The notes: generated from the letters alone by a model not told the origin. DNA of 64,000 bases from Heterodontus francisci (GCF_036365525.1 NC_090404.1:28418149-28482148), one strand, 5' to 3'; counted from the stretch's first letter, positions 24,711-38,195 are shown. Translations and numbers: made by a program.

Positions 24711-25734
24711 ATTGGTGGCCAGACTCTAGAGGGCAGACGGTCTACTGTCATTACAATATTCAAAATCTGTACATCGGGTGTGAGACAAACGGTGCTCTCC
24801 AACAAGCCTAATGCTGCACAAAATTCAGGCGCCTCCTCCTCTACTCGAAACCAATCCCACCATTGAACTGGAGAGACCCCAGATAATAAAAGTGGGAGAG
24901 AAGGATGCTGAGCGTGATCTTTTGATTGTCTCAGAATTGAACACGTCATGAGAAAATATAGGGACACCAGCTGATGAACACGGCTGTAGGAATTGAATAG
25001 AATGATGATCTTTCTCGCATTCACTATTTTTCTTGCTGCCAGACTGAAAAACAAATTAAATGACTTACGAATATTCCAAAAACCTAAATATGAATGTAGC
25101 CCGGACGTTTTCCTGCCCCAGCCCACACTGTGACTCTACTTGCCCCTTCCCCAGTGAAGTCAGACGTCGTTTGACGTGCACTGCTATTTAATTCTGTGTA
25201 TTTATTTGCAGTTGTATGCCCTTGGTTCAACAGCGTGCCCTCAGTTTCAGAGTTGTCAGTTTGAAGCTCCTCACCTGGATCTTAGTACATAGCCCAGTTT
25301 AACACAAGGAAATATTGAGGGAATACAGATTGTGGGATCTGTGATTCTCCTATGACACGTTAAACCGATGCCCCATTAAGTTTATTGGAATGGAAGTTAA
25401 GGACTACGTTCGACTATTGAAGAAGGGGCAGCAGATCTCCTGGTGCTCCAGACAATATTCCATTCTCAACCAATGTGGCCATTCCTAGACTAACTGGTTA
25501 AAGGTCTCGCTGTTATTTATGGGGGCTGATTCGTATAGACTGGCTGCTGGATTTGTCGATGTGAAGCAGTCCTAATATAATGAGATATTCGACTCGGAGG
25601 GTCACATGAATGCAAGGCTGCAGAATCTTTGTTTCATTGGTTGTACTATTCATTTTAAACTGGTTTGACTTTTATTGCATTAGTTATCACTCTTCATGCA
25701 TCCTAATTAATTTTCTTATATATGTTTATATTAG

Positions 25735-26300
25735 TTACTAGAATCATAGAATGATTACAGCACAGAAGGAGGCTGTTCGGCCCATTGCGGCCTTGCTAAC
25801 TCTTTGCAAGAGCAACTTATCTAGTCACAACCCCACTGCAGCACCGCCACCCCTCCCCCACACCCCCATCCCGCCATTTCCTCATGTTCCTCCAAATTTT
25901 CCGTTCAGATATTTATCCAATTCTTTTCTGCATGCCATGCTTGAATCTACCTCACTAACCCTTTAGGCAGTGAATTCCCGATCCAAACCAGTCGCTGCCT
26001 AAAAATATTATCCGTCGGGATGTCTTTGATCTGTTTTGCCAATCGCTTTAAATCGGTGCTCTCTGGTTCTCGACTCTTTCGTCAAAGGGAACAGTCTCTC
26101 TCTATCTACTCTGTTTACACCGCTTTTGCAAACCTCAATCAAAGCTCTGCCTAAATTCTGCTTCTCTAAGGAGAACAGCCCCAGCTTCTCCAATCTATCC
26201 ACGTAACTGAAGTTGTTCATCCCTGGAACTATTCTCGTGATTTATTACTGCACCCTCTGTGAAACCTTCATATCATTTCTAAAATGTGATGCACAGAATG
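25735..26300 (-). mobile_element. CR1 3' fragment
   Basis: RLEKLGLFSLEK...DRERLFPL on minus strand; reverse tail CACAGAAGGAGGCTGTTCGGCCC. Confidence 0.8.
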
Positions 26301-26578
26301 CTGATTTATTTTATTCATCGTTATACAACAGAACATTTTTGTTATTTGAAAATTCCACAGTTTTGTATGGATTTTGTTTTCCAATATTGTAAAATATGTC
26401 TAATTCATCTGAAGCCTCCACGTTGTCTCAACTCCATCTTACGATGATTATATCAATTCCCATCTCTTCTAGCATCAAAGTTGTAAACTTTATATAATTC
26501 CTATTAATGCGACACTTTTGCTGGTGCTCTAGTCCGTAATTTCCTATCTCTCTCTCTCTCTCTCTGTCTTCCTTACAC

Positions 26579-27475
26579 CTAATTTAGTGGCTATTGTCTT
26601 GTCCCAAGGAGAATGTGGCCTCTCGGAATGTATCACTCACTACCTAGTGTCTATGGCGGTGGTGGATTCATTAGTCATTATCACCGATGTGATATTAAAC
26701 CGGATCAGGGACGTTTATTTTCTAGATGGTTTCCTGTCCATCATCCCGGTGTGAAGTCTCAGCATTGTGCTAACCTACGCAGCTAGATTCAGTCTTTTCT
26801 GGTTAATGCTGACCTTCGCCTTTGATCGATTCATGGCCATTTGCTGCCAGAAGCTGAAAATCAAATGTTGCACGAAAAGAAAACGGTGGTGTTTGTTGTA
26901 GGAACGGTCTGCATGCTGGGCTGTTTAACCAATATCCCTCCATACTTTATACACGAACCCATCTACATAATTGCCAATGTCCCATGGTATTGCAAACTAA
27001 AAGATATCCGTTATACTTCACGGTATGCACAGCATATGACTGGTTCGACCGCATTTTGAGCTCTTCTGATTCTTTTGCTCAATGCTCTGACCGTCACACG
27101 CATTCTGGTGGCCAGTACGGCACACCGAGACTCCGTACCCACAGCAATGGAGCAACTCAGAGTGACCCAGAGATGGAAAGCCGGAGAAATTCCATTGTTC
27201 TGCTCATCACCATCTCAGGCAGTTTCATCCTGCCTTGGATGACGTATGTTGTACAGTTCTTACATGTACACATCATAAACAATTACAACATCAAAAGCTT
27301 CAGCGATCCCAAAATTATTCTCCAGGAAACCGAAAATATGCTACAGCTTCTGAGTTCTTGCATCAACACATTTATTTATGCAGCGATTTGGAGTAAATTC
27401 AGAGAGGAGTTAAAGAATGCTGCCAAATGTTCACTGAATCTAATTGTTAAATTACTTATACAGAGAAAATATTAA
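26579..27475 (+). pseudogene. Class A GPCR pseudogene, GPR139/GPR142-like; main coding exon
   Basis: NLVAIVLSQGECGLSECITHYLVSMAVVD...FDRFMAICCQKLK...DPEMESRRNSIVLLITISGSFILPW...LSSCINTFIYA...KFREELK; in-frame TGA at about 26752, frameshifts, acceptor reads CAC instead of CAG; exon 1 not located. Confidence 0.85.
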
Positions 27476-27724
27476 GTTCCAATCATAATTATGCCTTACA
27501 ATATAATAATTTATCCAATCAGCCACCAGTTCAGGAAACAAAATTACTGTTGTCTAAACAGTGATAAATAGCAATGGAAAACATTTGTATCTTTTATGGC
27601 CTCCAAATTAATTCATGGGCTATATTAGTATAAAGATACGACATAGAGTGATCTCAGAGTAGTTGTGATGCACCATGGTGGTCGTGCACTATCTACATTA
27701 GTGAGACGGACATTCCATTTTATT

Positions 27725-28553
27725 ATTCCATTCCTCACTATCCCAGGCCCCAAACACTCCTTTCAGGTGAAGCAGCGATTTACTTGTACTTCTTTCAATG
27801 TAGTATACTGTATTCGCTGCTCACAGTGTGGTCTCCTCTACATTGGGGAAACCAAGCGCAGACTGGGTGACCGCTTTGCGGAACATCTCCGCTCAGTCCG
27901 CAAGCAGGACCCTGAGCTTCCGGTTGCTTGCCATTTCAACACTCCCCCCTGCTCTCATGTTCACATCTCTGTCCTGGGATTGCTGCAGTGTTCCAGTGAA
28001 CATCAACGCAAGCTCGAGGAACAGCATCTCATTTACCGATTAGGCACACTACAGCCTGCCGGACTGAACATTGAGTTCAATAATTTCAGAGCATGACAGC
28101 CCCCCATTTTCCTTTCATTTTTAGTTATTTTTTCTTTCTCTTTTTTTTTTTACATTCTTTTTTACATTTTTTACAATCTTTTTTTTTGCATTTTTTTCAT
28201 TTCATCTTAGTCTGTTTAGTTTGCTTAACCACTGTTTTTTTCAGGTTTGCACTTGCTGCTGTTCAACATTCAGTGTATTAACAGCTAATCTGTACTAATG
28301 CTTTGTCTTTCAACACATCATTAACATATTGTTTGCCTTTGCTCCGTGACCTTTTGGTCAGCTATGTGGCCTCGTCCAATCTAGACCTCCTTTGTTATCT
28401 CTTGCCCCACCCCCACCTCACTTGCTTATAACCTGTGACTTTTCTAATATTTGTCAGTTCCGATGAAGGGTCACTGACCCGAAATGTTAACTCTGCTTCT
28501 CTTTCCACAGATGCTGCCAGACCTGCTGAGTGGTTCCAGCATTTCTTGTTTTT
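27725..28553 (+). mobile_element. 5'-truncated Penelope-like element (GIY-YIG endonuclease and 3' terminal repeat)
   Basis: FTC...NVVYCIRC..CGLLYIGET.R.L..RF.EH...GLN; 13-bp TSD ATTCCATTTTATT at 27712-27724 and 28554-28566. Confidence 0.9.
28456..28492 (+). ncRNA. Minimal type-I hammerhead-ribozyme-like motif in Penelope 3' repeat
   Basis: AGTT-CCGATGA-A-GGGTC-ACT-GACCC-GAAA-TGTT-AACT; stem I AGUU/AACU, 5-bp stem II; core has C instead of U at position 4. Confidence 0.55.
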
Positions 28554-30225
28554 ATTCCATTTTATTGACAGGTGACCGTCCTGTACCAGAGGCACATATA
28601 TCCCAAATTACTGACAGGTGACCTTCCTGAAGCATTGAAACATATATCCCAATTTACTGACAGGTGAACTTCCTGTAACAGTGGCACAAACATCCCAATT
28701 TACTGTCAGCTGGCCTGCGTTTAGCAGAGTCACAAAAGTCCGAATTAAGTGACAGGTAATCTTCCTGTACCAGAGATGCAAACATCAACATTTACTGACC
28801 GGTGACCTTCCTGTAATAAAAACACAGACATCACAATTAACTGACAGGCGATCTTCCTGTACCAGTGACACAAACATCACAATTTACTGACAGGTGACTT
28901 TCCTGCACCAGACACAAAAACATCTCAATTTACTGACAGGCGACCTTCCTATACTAAAATACAAACATGCCAATATCCCAATTTAATGACAGATGATATT
29001 CCTGTACTAAAAACACAAACATCACAATTTACTGACAAGTGACCTCCTGCACTAAAAGCAAAAACAGCCCAATTTGCTGACTGGCAACCTTCCTGTAACA
29101 GAGATACAAACATTCCAAGTTATTTCCAGGTGATTTTACTGTAGCAGAGTCACAAATGTCCTAATTTAGTAACCGGTGATCTTCCTGTACCAGTGACACA
29201 AACGACCCAAATTACTGACTCGTGATCTTCCTGTGTCAGAGAAATAAAAATCCCAATTTACTGATTGGTGATCAACTTGTTGCAGAGGCACAAAAATCCT
29301 AATTTACTCACAGGCGACCCTCCTGTACAAGAGACACAAAAAATCCAAATTACTGACAGGCGGCCTTCCGTACTAAAAACACAAACATCCCAATATCCCA
29401 ATTTACTGACAGGCGACCTTCCTGTACTAAAAACACAAATATCCCACTATCCCATTTTACTGACAGGCGACCTTCCTGTACTAAAAACACAAACATCCCA
29501 ATATCCCAATTTACTGACAGGTGACCTTCCTGTACTAAAAACACAAACATCCCAATATCCCAATTTACTGACAGGCGACCTTCCTGTACTAAAAACACAA
29601 ACATCCCAATATCCCAATTTACTGACAGGCGACCTTCCTGTACTAAAAACACAAACATCCCAATATCCCAATTTACTGACAGGCGACCTTCCTGTACTAA
29701 AAACACAAACATCCCAATATCCCAATTTACTGACAGGCGACCTTCCTGTACTAAAAACACAAATATCCCACTGTCCCATTTTACTGACAGGCGACCTTCC
29801 TGTACTAAAAACACAAACATCCCAATATCCCAATTTACTGACAGGCGACCTTCCTGTACTAAAAACACAAACATCCCAATATCCCAATTTACTGACAGGC
29901 GACCTTCCTGTACTAAAAACACAAACATCCCAATATCCCAATTTACTGACAGGCGACCTTCCTGTACTAAAAACACAAATATCCCAATATCCCAATTTAC
30001 TGACAGGCGACCTTCCTGTACTAAAAACACAAATATCCCACTGTCCCATTTTACTGACAGGTGACCTTCCTGTACCAGAGTTACAAACATCCCCATTTAC
30101 TGACGTGTGATCTTCCTGTACCAGAATCACAAATATCCCAATTTACTGAGAAGTGACCTTCCTTAACTAAAACACAATCATCCCAATTTACTGACAGGTG
30201 ACCTGCCTGTATCAGAGACACAAAT
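28554..30225. repeat. Minisatellite: diverged 46-bp units with a homogeneous 54-bp core (about 29350-30065, about 13 units)
   Basis: 54-bp unit ACTGACAGGCGACCTTCCTGTACTAAAAACACAAACATCCCAATATCCCAATTT = 46-bp unit plus duplicated ATCCCAAT. Confidence 0.95.
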
Positions 30226-30261
30226 AAAATACCTTCTGGTGGTCCACATCAAAGTAATTCA

Positions 30262-30555
30262 TGACAACGCGACTTCATCGGACACGTCATCAGGATGCGC
30301 CGAAATGCGCACATGCGCAGACGGTCTCATGCCCCCCGCGCATGCGCTGCGGTCGGCTTACCAGGGCCGCTTTGCGCATGCACAGCCGACGCGGTACGCG
30401 CATGCGCGCACAGTCTCATCATCTCTGCGCATGCGCTGCGACCTGCCAGGACCGTTGTGCGCATGCGCAGTTGACGTCATCGCGTCATTTCGCGTATTTG
30501 CGCATGTGCCAAAACAGCGCCACCTACCGATCGCGTTGTCAACAATTGCGGTCAA
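30262..30555. promoter_or_regulatory. CpG island / promoter with clustered NRF1-type motifs and a CRE
   Basis: Only CpG-dense stretch in the window; about 7 GCGCATGCGC-like palindromes; TGACGTCA at 30472-30479. Confidence 0.75.
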
Positions 30556-31387
30556 AGAGAAATCCTGGGACAATGATAATGAATTAGCTCCTTTAATGAC
30601 AGTTTTAAAGAAAGTTTATCAGCTTCTGGACAGACTGGGGCCTGGTCATGTCACTATCCCCCTGTTGATTAGCTGAAAGATGCAGCAAATGTTCTCAACA
30701 ATGGCCTTGTAGGAATAAGTTCACAGATCATCAAAAAGCAGCTCCCTCGAATGTCTCTGTTCAAAACAGCCCTGGTACCTGGATTAACATGACAAGATCA
30801 CAGCATCCAATAGTCCCTCTCACATTTTAAATCTGTTCCCTATTTCCAGTCTCTGGGTTTATAGTGGGGGATGTGTAAATCATACTGAGATTGTCCATGT
30901 TAGTGAGTGGCAGAGAGAAAAGGAGACCTGGGCTATTGATGTGTCTTCTATTTTAAAAAGTCTTTGCTTTGTTTTCATCAATGTTTCATTTCTCTCTCCA
31001 GGAGATTTTTCGAAGCTGCAACATGTCGATGCAGAGAGAGAGAGAGAGAGAGTGTGTTTTGACAAGAGGAATCATTGGACAAGAGCTTCCTCCAGAGGTG
31101 AATCATCATAAAGATATATGTTTCTCTGTGTCACTCATTCTTACCTACAGAAAATAGTCTTGTGTTTTAGAAGGTTTGAGATATTTTTACAACAAGGCAG
31201 AGGGGGAGGGCCTCTTCATTGTCTTTCTTTATATCTCAGTATATTTCTTTACCTTCCATTCTGTGTATCACTATCTCTCGACATCCTTTATATCTCTGCC
31301 TCTCCATATTTCTGCAAGTTCTTTTTATAATCTCTTCGCTCTCTCTATCTAACTATCCATCTCTTCCAGAGCTGTCTCTGTCAATCT

Positions 31388-31745
31388 CTCAGGTATACAA
31401 AATTATGAGGGGCATATATACGGTAGGCAGGAAGAAATGTTTTCCCTTAGCGGGGGTGTCAATAACCAGGAGGCATAGATTTAAGGTAAGGGACAGGAGG
31501 TGTAGAGGGGATTTGAGAATTTCTTTTCACCCTGAGGGTGGTTGCAATCTGGAACACACTACCTGAAGAGGTGGTAGAGGCAGGAACCCTCACAACATTT
31601 AAGAACTTTCTAGATGAGCACTTGAAACGCCATAGCATACAAGGCTAAGTGCTGGAAAATGTGATTAGGATAGATAGGCTTGATGGCTGGCCTATCAAGA
31701 CACGGTGGACTGAAGGGCCTGTTTCTGAGCTGTCTAACTCTAGGA
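31388..31745 (+). mobile_element. CR1 3' fragment
   Basis: VYKIMRGI...FPLAG.SITR.HRFKV and tail GAAGGGCCTGTTTCTG. Confidence 0.85.
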
Positions 31746-33009
31746 CTCCATGAGTAGCTCTGCCTTCTGCTCTCAGTTCCTATCAAGACTTTCTGTGATT
31801 CTCTCTCCCTCTCTGTTTATTTCTATCTCTCAGTTATGTCCTCCTCCCTGGAACTCTGGTTTTTGTGTCTCAGTGCTTCACTGGGGAGATTTGGACTTGG
31901 GTGTTGTACAGGTGATAATGACCCGGGATCCTACTTTCCATCTCTCATTTATACTCGTGTTGACTTAAAAAGAGGGGAAAGATGTGAAACAGGAAGCTGG
32001 TTCATAACCACCCTGAATATGGAAGGTCCAGAGAGGAAGTGGAAAGGTAAGAGAAGTAAAGAGAGATCATGAAAAGAGACTGGCAGCTAACATTGTAGGG
32101 AATCCCAAAGTTTTCTTATAGACACATAAATACTAAGGAGTTGGGCCTATTAGGGAGCATAAAGGGGATTTACACATGGAGGTCAAGGGCACAGCTGAGG
32201 TATTAAATGAATACTTTGCATCTGTCTTTACCAAGAAAGAAGATACAACCCAGGCAATGGTAATTTAGACACTAGAAGAGTTTCAAATTGATAAGGAGGA
32301 CATATTAGTTAGGCTGTCTGTACTTAAAGTGGATAAAGCACCAGGAGCAGATGAGATGCATCCAACGATACTGAGGGAAGCGAAATCACAGAGGCACTGG
32401 CCACAAATTTTCAGTCTTCCTTGGACTCAGTATTTTGCTTTTGTTAGATTGTAGGCGTTGCTCACAGAACTGAGTCGAGAAACACAGATGGACCAATTAA
32501 CAGCTGCTTTATATCGGGGTGGGTGTTGATGTGGAAGTTGGTCCCCGACCAGTGTCGGTGTTTTTTGTTCCATCAGTTTGATCCGGAGTGGAGATGGAGG
32601 AGCAGCTGCTGGGTTTAATCCCGAGTATTTTGAGCCCGGTCAGGTCCAGCAATTTCCAATGTGAGACTGTCACGGAAGGTAGATCCCAGGGAGATGAGGT
32701 TGCTAAACGGACACCTAACAACGAGAATGTGAGAGAGTATTGTTCCAGTAACAAGTATTTCTGTAGAGGATTTCAATCCATTTTACATATACACATGTTG
32801 TTACTTCAATACTGGGATATGGGCGTCACTGTCCAGACCAGCGGATATTGCCAATCCCCATTTGCCCAATGAGAAGGTGATGGTGGGCCTTCTTCTTGAA
32901 CCACTGCAGTCTGTGTGGTGAAGATGCTCCCACAATGGTGTTAGGGAAGGAGTTACAGGATTTTCACCCAGTGATGATGAAGGAATGGTGATAAATGTCC
33001 AAGTTAACA

Positions 33010-33630
33010 TCAACTTGTATTTATACGGCATCTTTAATGTAATAAAATGTTCCAAGGTGTTTCACAGGTGTGTTATAAAGCAACATTTGACACTGAGCCA
33101 CATAAGGAGATATTAGGGCAGATGACCAATATCTTGATCAGAGAGGTGTGTTTTCAGAAGTGTCTGAATCACGGAAGGTGAGGTAGAGAGGCGGAGAGGA
33201 TTAGGGAGGGATTTCCAAAGATTATGACCTTGGCAGCTGAAGGCACGGCCACCAGTGGTGGAGCAATGAAAATCAGGGATGTTCAAGATGCCAGAATTAG
33301 ATGAGCCCTGATCTCTCAGAGGGTTGTAGGTCTGGAGGAGATTATAGAGATAGTGAGGGGTGAGGGCATGGAGGGATTTGAAAACAAGGATGGGGATTTT
33401 AAAATTGAGGTGCTGCTTAACTGGGACCCTGTGTAGGTCAGTGAGCACAGTGGTGATGGGTTAACAGGACTGGGTTCGAGTAAGGACACAGGCAGCACAG
33501 TTTTGGCTGATCTCAAGTTTACAGAGAGTAGAATGTGGGAGGCCGGCCAGGAGTGTGTTACAATAGTCAAGTTGAGAGGTAACAGATACATGGATGTAAG
33601 TTTCAGAGGCAGATGAGCTGAGGCAGTGGC
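33010..33630 (-). mobile_element. L2 LINE 3' fragment
   Basis: LTDLHRVPVKQHLNFKI.ILVFKSLH...GGRAFS...LW.SLP. Confidence 0.85.
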
Positions 33631-33639
33631 ATTGTTGGG

Positions 33640-36600
33640 CCGAGCGGAGAGGAGCGGACTTGTGGGGAGAACGCAGAGTGAGAGAAGAGGATAAATTGAG
33701 CCCGAGGATCGAGGCCCAGTCACTTACCTTCCGGGAGAGACAGTACAGACGCCTGGAGTTTGAAAGAAAATGTCAACAGTGACATCACAGGAAAGCTGCA
33801 AGGTGATTGGTTGGTGAGTAACTGCTGTTAGTGCCTGGAAATAGCTTTAAAAAATCAGGGTAATGTTCTTTTTTTAAAACCTACTGTATAAGTGATAACG
33901 TTAGTCCTACAAAGTTGTGTTTTTTTTAAATTAGCGTAATTTATGAAGGATCTTGTTTGGAGTAGAACAAGGCCCCTAGTGTAATGAGTATTTTTTAATT
34001 AAGGGAGTAACTATTTAATCTAAAGGTGTCATGACAGGAGAGCTCAGCCCCATGATATGCTCCTCCTCCGCTAAGTGGGAAATCAGGGACGCTTCCAGTG
34101 TCCCTGACGACCATGTGTGTCGGACGTGTATCCATCTGCAGCTACTGGCTACCCGCATTACAGAGCTGGAGCTGCGGGTGGATTCACTGTGGAGCATCCA
34201 CGATGCTGAGGATGTCGTAGATAGCATGTTTAGCGAGGTGGTCACACCGCAGGTAACGGCTACACAGGCAGAAATGAGATGGTTGACCACCAGACAGAGT
34301 AGTAGGCGCAGGCAGGTAATGCAGGAGTCCCCTGTGACCATCCCCCTCTCAAACAGATATACCACTTTGGATACTGTTGGGGGGGGATGACCTCCCAGGG
34401 GAAAGCAGCAACAGCCAAGTGCATGGCACCACAGATGGCTCTGCTGCACAGTGGGGGTGGGGGTGGGGCAATTGGGAGAGCCATAATGATAGGAGATTCA
34501 ATTGTAAGGAGAACAGACAGGTGTGTCTGTGGCTGCAAACGAGGCTCCAGGCTGGTATGTTGCCTCCCTGGTGCTAGGGTCAAGGATGTCTCGGAGTGAC
34601 TGTAGGACATTCTGAAGGAGGACAGTGAACAGCCAGTGGTCGTGGTACATGTTGGTACCAATGAAACAAAAACAAGAAATACTGGAATCACTCAGCAGGT
34701 CTGGCAGCATCTGTGGAAAGAGAAGCAGAGTTAACGTTTCGGGTCAGTGACCCTTCTTCGGAACTGACAAATATTAGAAAAGTCACAGATTATAAACAAG
34801 TGAGGTGGGGGTGGGGCAAGAGATAACAAAGGAGAAGGTGCAGATTGGACCAGGCCACATAGCTGACCAAAAGGTCACGGAGAACAGGCAAACAATATGT
34901 TAATGGTGTGTTGAAAGACAAAGCATTAGTACAGATTAGGTGTGAATACACTGAATATTGAACAGCAGCAAGTGCAAACCTGAAGAAAAATAACCTGAAA
35001 AAAACAGTGGGTAAGCAAACTGAACAAACTAAGATGAAATGAAATAAATGCAAAAAAAATTGTAAAAAATGTAAAAAGGAAGAAAAAATAACTAAAAATG
35101 AAAGTAAAATGGGGGGCTGTCATGCTCTGAAATTATTGAACTCAATGTTCAGTCCTGCAGGCTGTAGTGTGCCTAATCGGTAGATGAGATGCTGTTCCAA
35201 TGACATGGATCGAAAAAGGGATGAGGTCCTGCAAGATGAATTTAAGGAGTTAGGAGCTAAATTAAAAAGCAGGACCTCAAAGGTACTAATCTCAGGATTA
35301 CTTCCTGTGCCACATGTTAATGAGTATAGGAACAGAAGAATAGACCAGATGAATGCGTGGCTGGAGAAATAGTGCAGGATGGAGGGATTTAGATTCCTGG
35401 AATACCGGGACTGGTTCTGGGGAAGGTGGGACCTGCACAAGCGGGACGGGTTACACCCAGTCAGGACCAAAACGATGTCCTTGCGGGGGGTGTTTGCTAG
35501 TGCTGTTGGGGAGGATTTAAACTAGAATGGAAGGGGGATGGGAACCTGAGCGGGGAGACTGAGGAGGAGGAGGAGGAAACAAGGATAGAAAGGAAAGACA
35601 GGAAACAAAAAGGCAAAAGTGGAAGGCATAGAAATCAAGGGCAAGAAACAAATAGGGCCATAGTGTGAAATAATGCTAAGATGACTAAGAATGTTAAAAA
35701 GACAAGCCTAAAGGCATTGTGTCTCAATGCGCAGAGTATTCACAATATGGTAGATGAATTAACCATGCAAATAGATGTAAATGGATACAATATAGTAGTG
35801 ATTGCGGAGACATGGCTGCAGGGTGACCTAGGATGGGAAATGAACATCCAGGGGATTCAATATTTAGGAAGGACAGGCAAAAAGGAAAAGGAGATGGAGT
35901 AGTGTTGTTAGTAAAAGAGGAAATCAATACAATAGTGAGGAAGGATATTAGCTCAGAGAATCCTGATGTGGAATCTGTATGGGTGGAGCTAAGAAATACC
36001 AAGGGGCAGAAAACGTTGGTGGGGGTTGAATATAGACCCCCAAACAGCAGTGGTGATGCATGCAATAAAGGTGCAACTGTAATTATGGGTGATTTAATCT
36101 ACATGTAGATTGGGCAAACCAAATTAGCAATAATACTGTAGAGGAGGTATTCCTGGAGTGCGTACGTGATGGCCAATACATTGAGGAACCAACTAGAGAA
36201 CAGGCCGTCCTAAACTGAGTATTGTGTAATGAGAAAGGATTCGTTAGCAACTTTGTTGTGTGGGGTCCCTTGGGGAAGAGTGACCATAACATGATAGAGT
36301 TCTTCATTAAGATGGAGAGTGACAGTTGATTCCGAGACTAGGGTCCTGAATCTAAATAAAGGAAACAATGAAGGTATGAAGCGCGAGTTGGCTATGATAG
36401 ATTGGGGAATGTTACTTAAAGGGTTGACAGTGGATAGACAATGGCTGGCATTTAAAGGGCACATGGATGAATTACTGTTCATTCCTGTCTGGCACAAAAA
36501 TAAAACATGGCTTACAAAAGAAATTAGGGATAGTATTAGATCCAAGGAGGAGAATATAAAATGTCCAGAGCAAGCAGCAAACCTGAGGATTGGGAGCAGT

Positions 36601-38195
36601 TTAGAATTCAGCAAAGGAGGACAAAGGGATTGATTAAGAAGGGGAAAATAGAGTATGAGAGTAAGCTTGCAGAGAACATAAAAACTGACTGTAAAAGCTT
36701 GTATAGATATGTGAAGAGAAAAAGATTAGTGAAGATGGATTGTAGGGTAGCTAATGTAACTCGACTATTTAAAAAAGGAGGACGAGATAAAACTGGGAAT
36801 TATAGACCTGTTCGCCTGACATCAGTAGTGGGGAAAATGCTAAAGTCCATTATAAAATAAGGAATAGCAGAGCACTTGGAAAACAATGACAGGATCAGAC
36901 AAAGTCAACATGGATTTACCAAAGGGAAATCATGCTTGACAAATCTACTGGAGTTTTTTGGGGATGTGATGAGTAGAATAGCTAAGGGGGAACTAGTGGA
37001 TGTGGTGTATTTGAACTTTCAGAAGACTTTCGATAAGGTCCCACATAAAAGATTAGCATGCAAAATTAAAGCACATGGAATTGGGGGTAGTGTATTGCGA
37101 TGGATAGAGAACTGGCTGGCAGACTGGAAACAAAGAGTAGGAATAAATGGGTCTTTTTCTGAGTGGCAGGCAGTGACTAGTGGGGTAGTGCAGGAATCAG
37201 TGCTTGGACCCCAGCTATTCACAATAATGAAATAGATGAGGGAATTAAATGTTATATATCCAAGCTTGCAGACAACACAAAGCTGGGTGGGAATGTGAGC
37301 TGTGAGGAGGATGCAGAGAAGCTCCAGTGAGATTTGGACAGGTTGAGTGAGTGGACAAATACATGGCAGATGTAGTATAATGTGGATAAATGTGAGGTTA
37401 TCCACTTTGGTGGCAGAAACAGAAAGGCAGATTATTATTTGAAGGGCGATAGATTGGGAAAGGGGGAGGTGCAGCGAGACCTGGGTGACCTTGTACACCA
37501 GTCGCTGAAAGTAAGCATTCAGGTGCAACAGGCAGTTAAGAAGGCAAATGGTATGTTGGCCTTCATAGCGAGAGGACTCGAGTACAGGAGCAAAGATGTC
37601 TTGCTGCAATTATACAAGGCCTTGGTGAGGCCACATCTGGAGTATTGTGTGCAGTTTTGGTCTCCTTGTCTGAAGAAGGAAGTTCTTGCTGTGGAGGGAG
37701 TGCAGCGAAGGCTTACCAGACTGAATCCTGGGATGGTGGGACTGACGTCTGAAGAGAGATCAGGTCAATTAGGCTTGTATTCACTGGAGTTTAGAAGAAT
37801 GAGAGGGGATCTCATAGAAACCTCCAAAATTCTAACAGGACTGGACAGACTAGATGCAGGAAGGATGTTCCCGATGGCGGGGGAGTCCAGGACCAGGGGT
37901 CACAGTCTAAGAATAAGGGGTAAGCCATATCAGACTGAAATGAGGAGAGATTTCTTCACCCAGAGAGTGGTGAACCTGTGGAATTCTCTATCATGGAAAG
38001 CAATTGAGGCCAAATCATTAAATATATTCAAGAAAGAGTCAGATATAGTTCTTAGGGCTAAAGGGATCAAGGGATATGGGGAGAAAGCGGGAACAGGTTA
38101 CTGAGTTTGGATGATCAGCCATGATCGTATTGAATGGTGGAGCAGGTTCGAAGGGCCAAATGGCCTACTCCTGCTCCTATTTTTCTATGTTTCTA
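33640..38195 (+). mobile_element. Near full-length decayed CR1 LINE (ORF1 zinc finger plus SGNH esterase; ORF2 APE and RT, with internal deletions)
   Basis: ORF1 from 34031 (C-rich N-terminus, IGDSIVR, CLPGARV, HVGTND); ORF2 from about 35700 (CLNAQSI, IAETWL, YRPPNS, QHGF..GKSCLTNL); tail TTTCTATGTTTCTA. Confidence 0.92.
34665..35196 (-). mobile_element. Penelope-like 3' fragment inserted in CR1 ORF1; hammerhead-like motif at 34729-34765
   Basis: Reverse-complement match to 28020-28553 (EQHLIYRLGTLQPAGLNIEFNNFRA); CCAATGA duplicated at 34658-34664 and 35197-35203. Confidence 0.9.

Noticed and set aside
25105-25190. Possible D segment flanked by CACTGTG and CCCAGTG
   Set aside because: Upstream nonamer matches only 4/9; downstream heptamer breaks the essential CAC and has no nonamer at 12 or 23 bp
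29265-30130. Long ORFs (281, 248 and 227 aa) on both strands
   Set aside because: By-product of a stop-free 54-bp tandem unit; no splice or domain support
28554-30225. CRISPR-like array
   Set aside because: Head-to-tail repeats without unique spacers, eukaryotic context, no cas genes
30239-30676. Coding ORFs over the CpG island
   Set aside because: AHA/CAC/RMR repeats simply translate the GCGCATGCGC motifs
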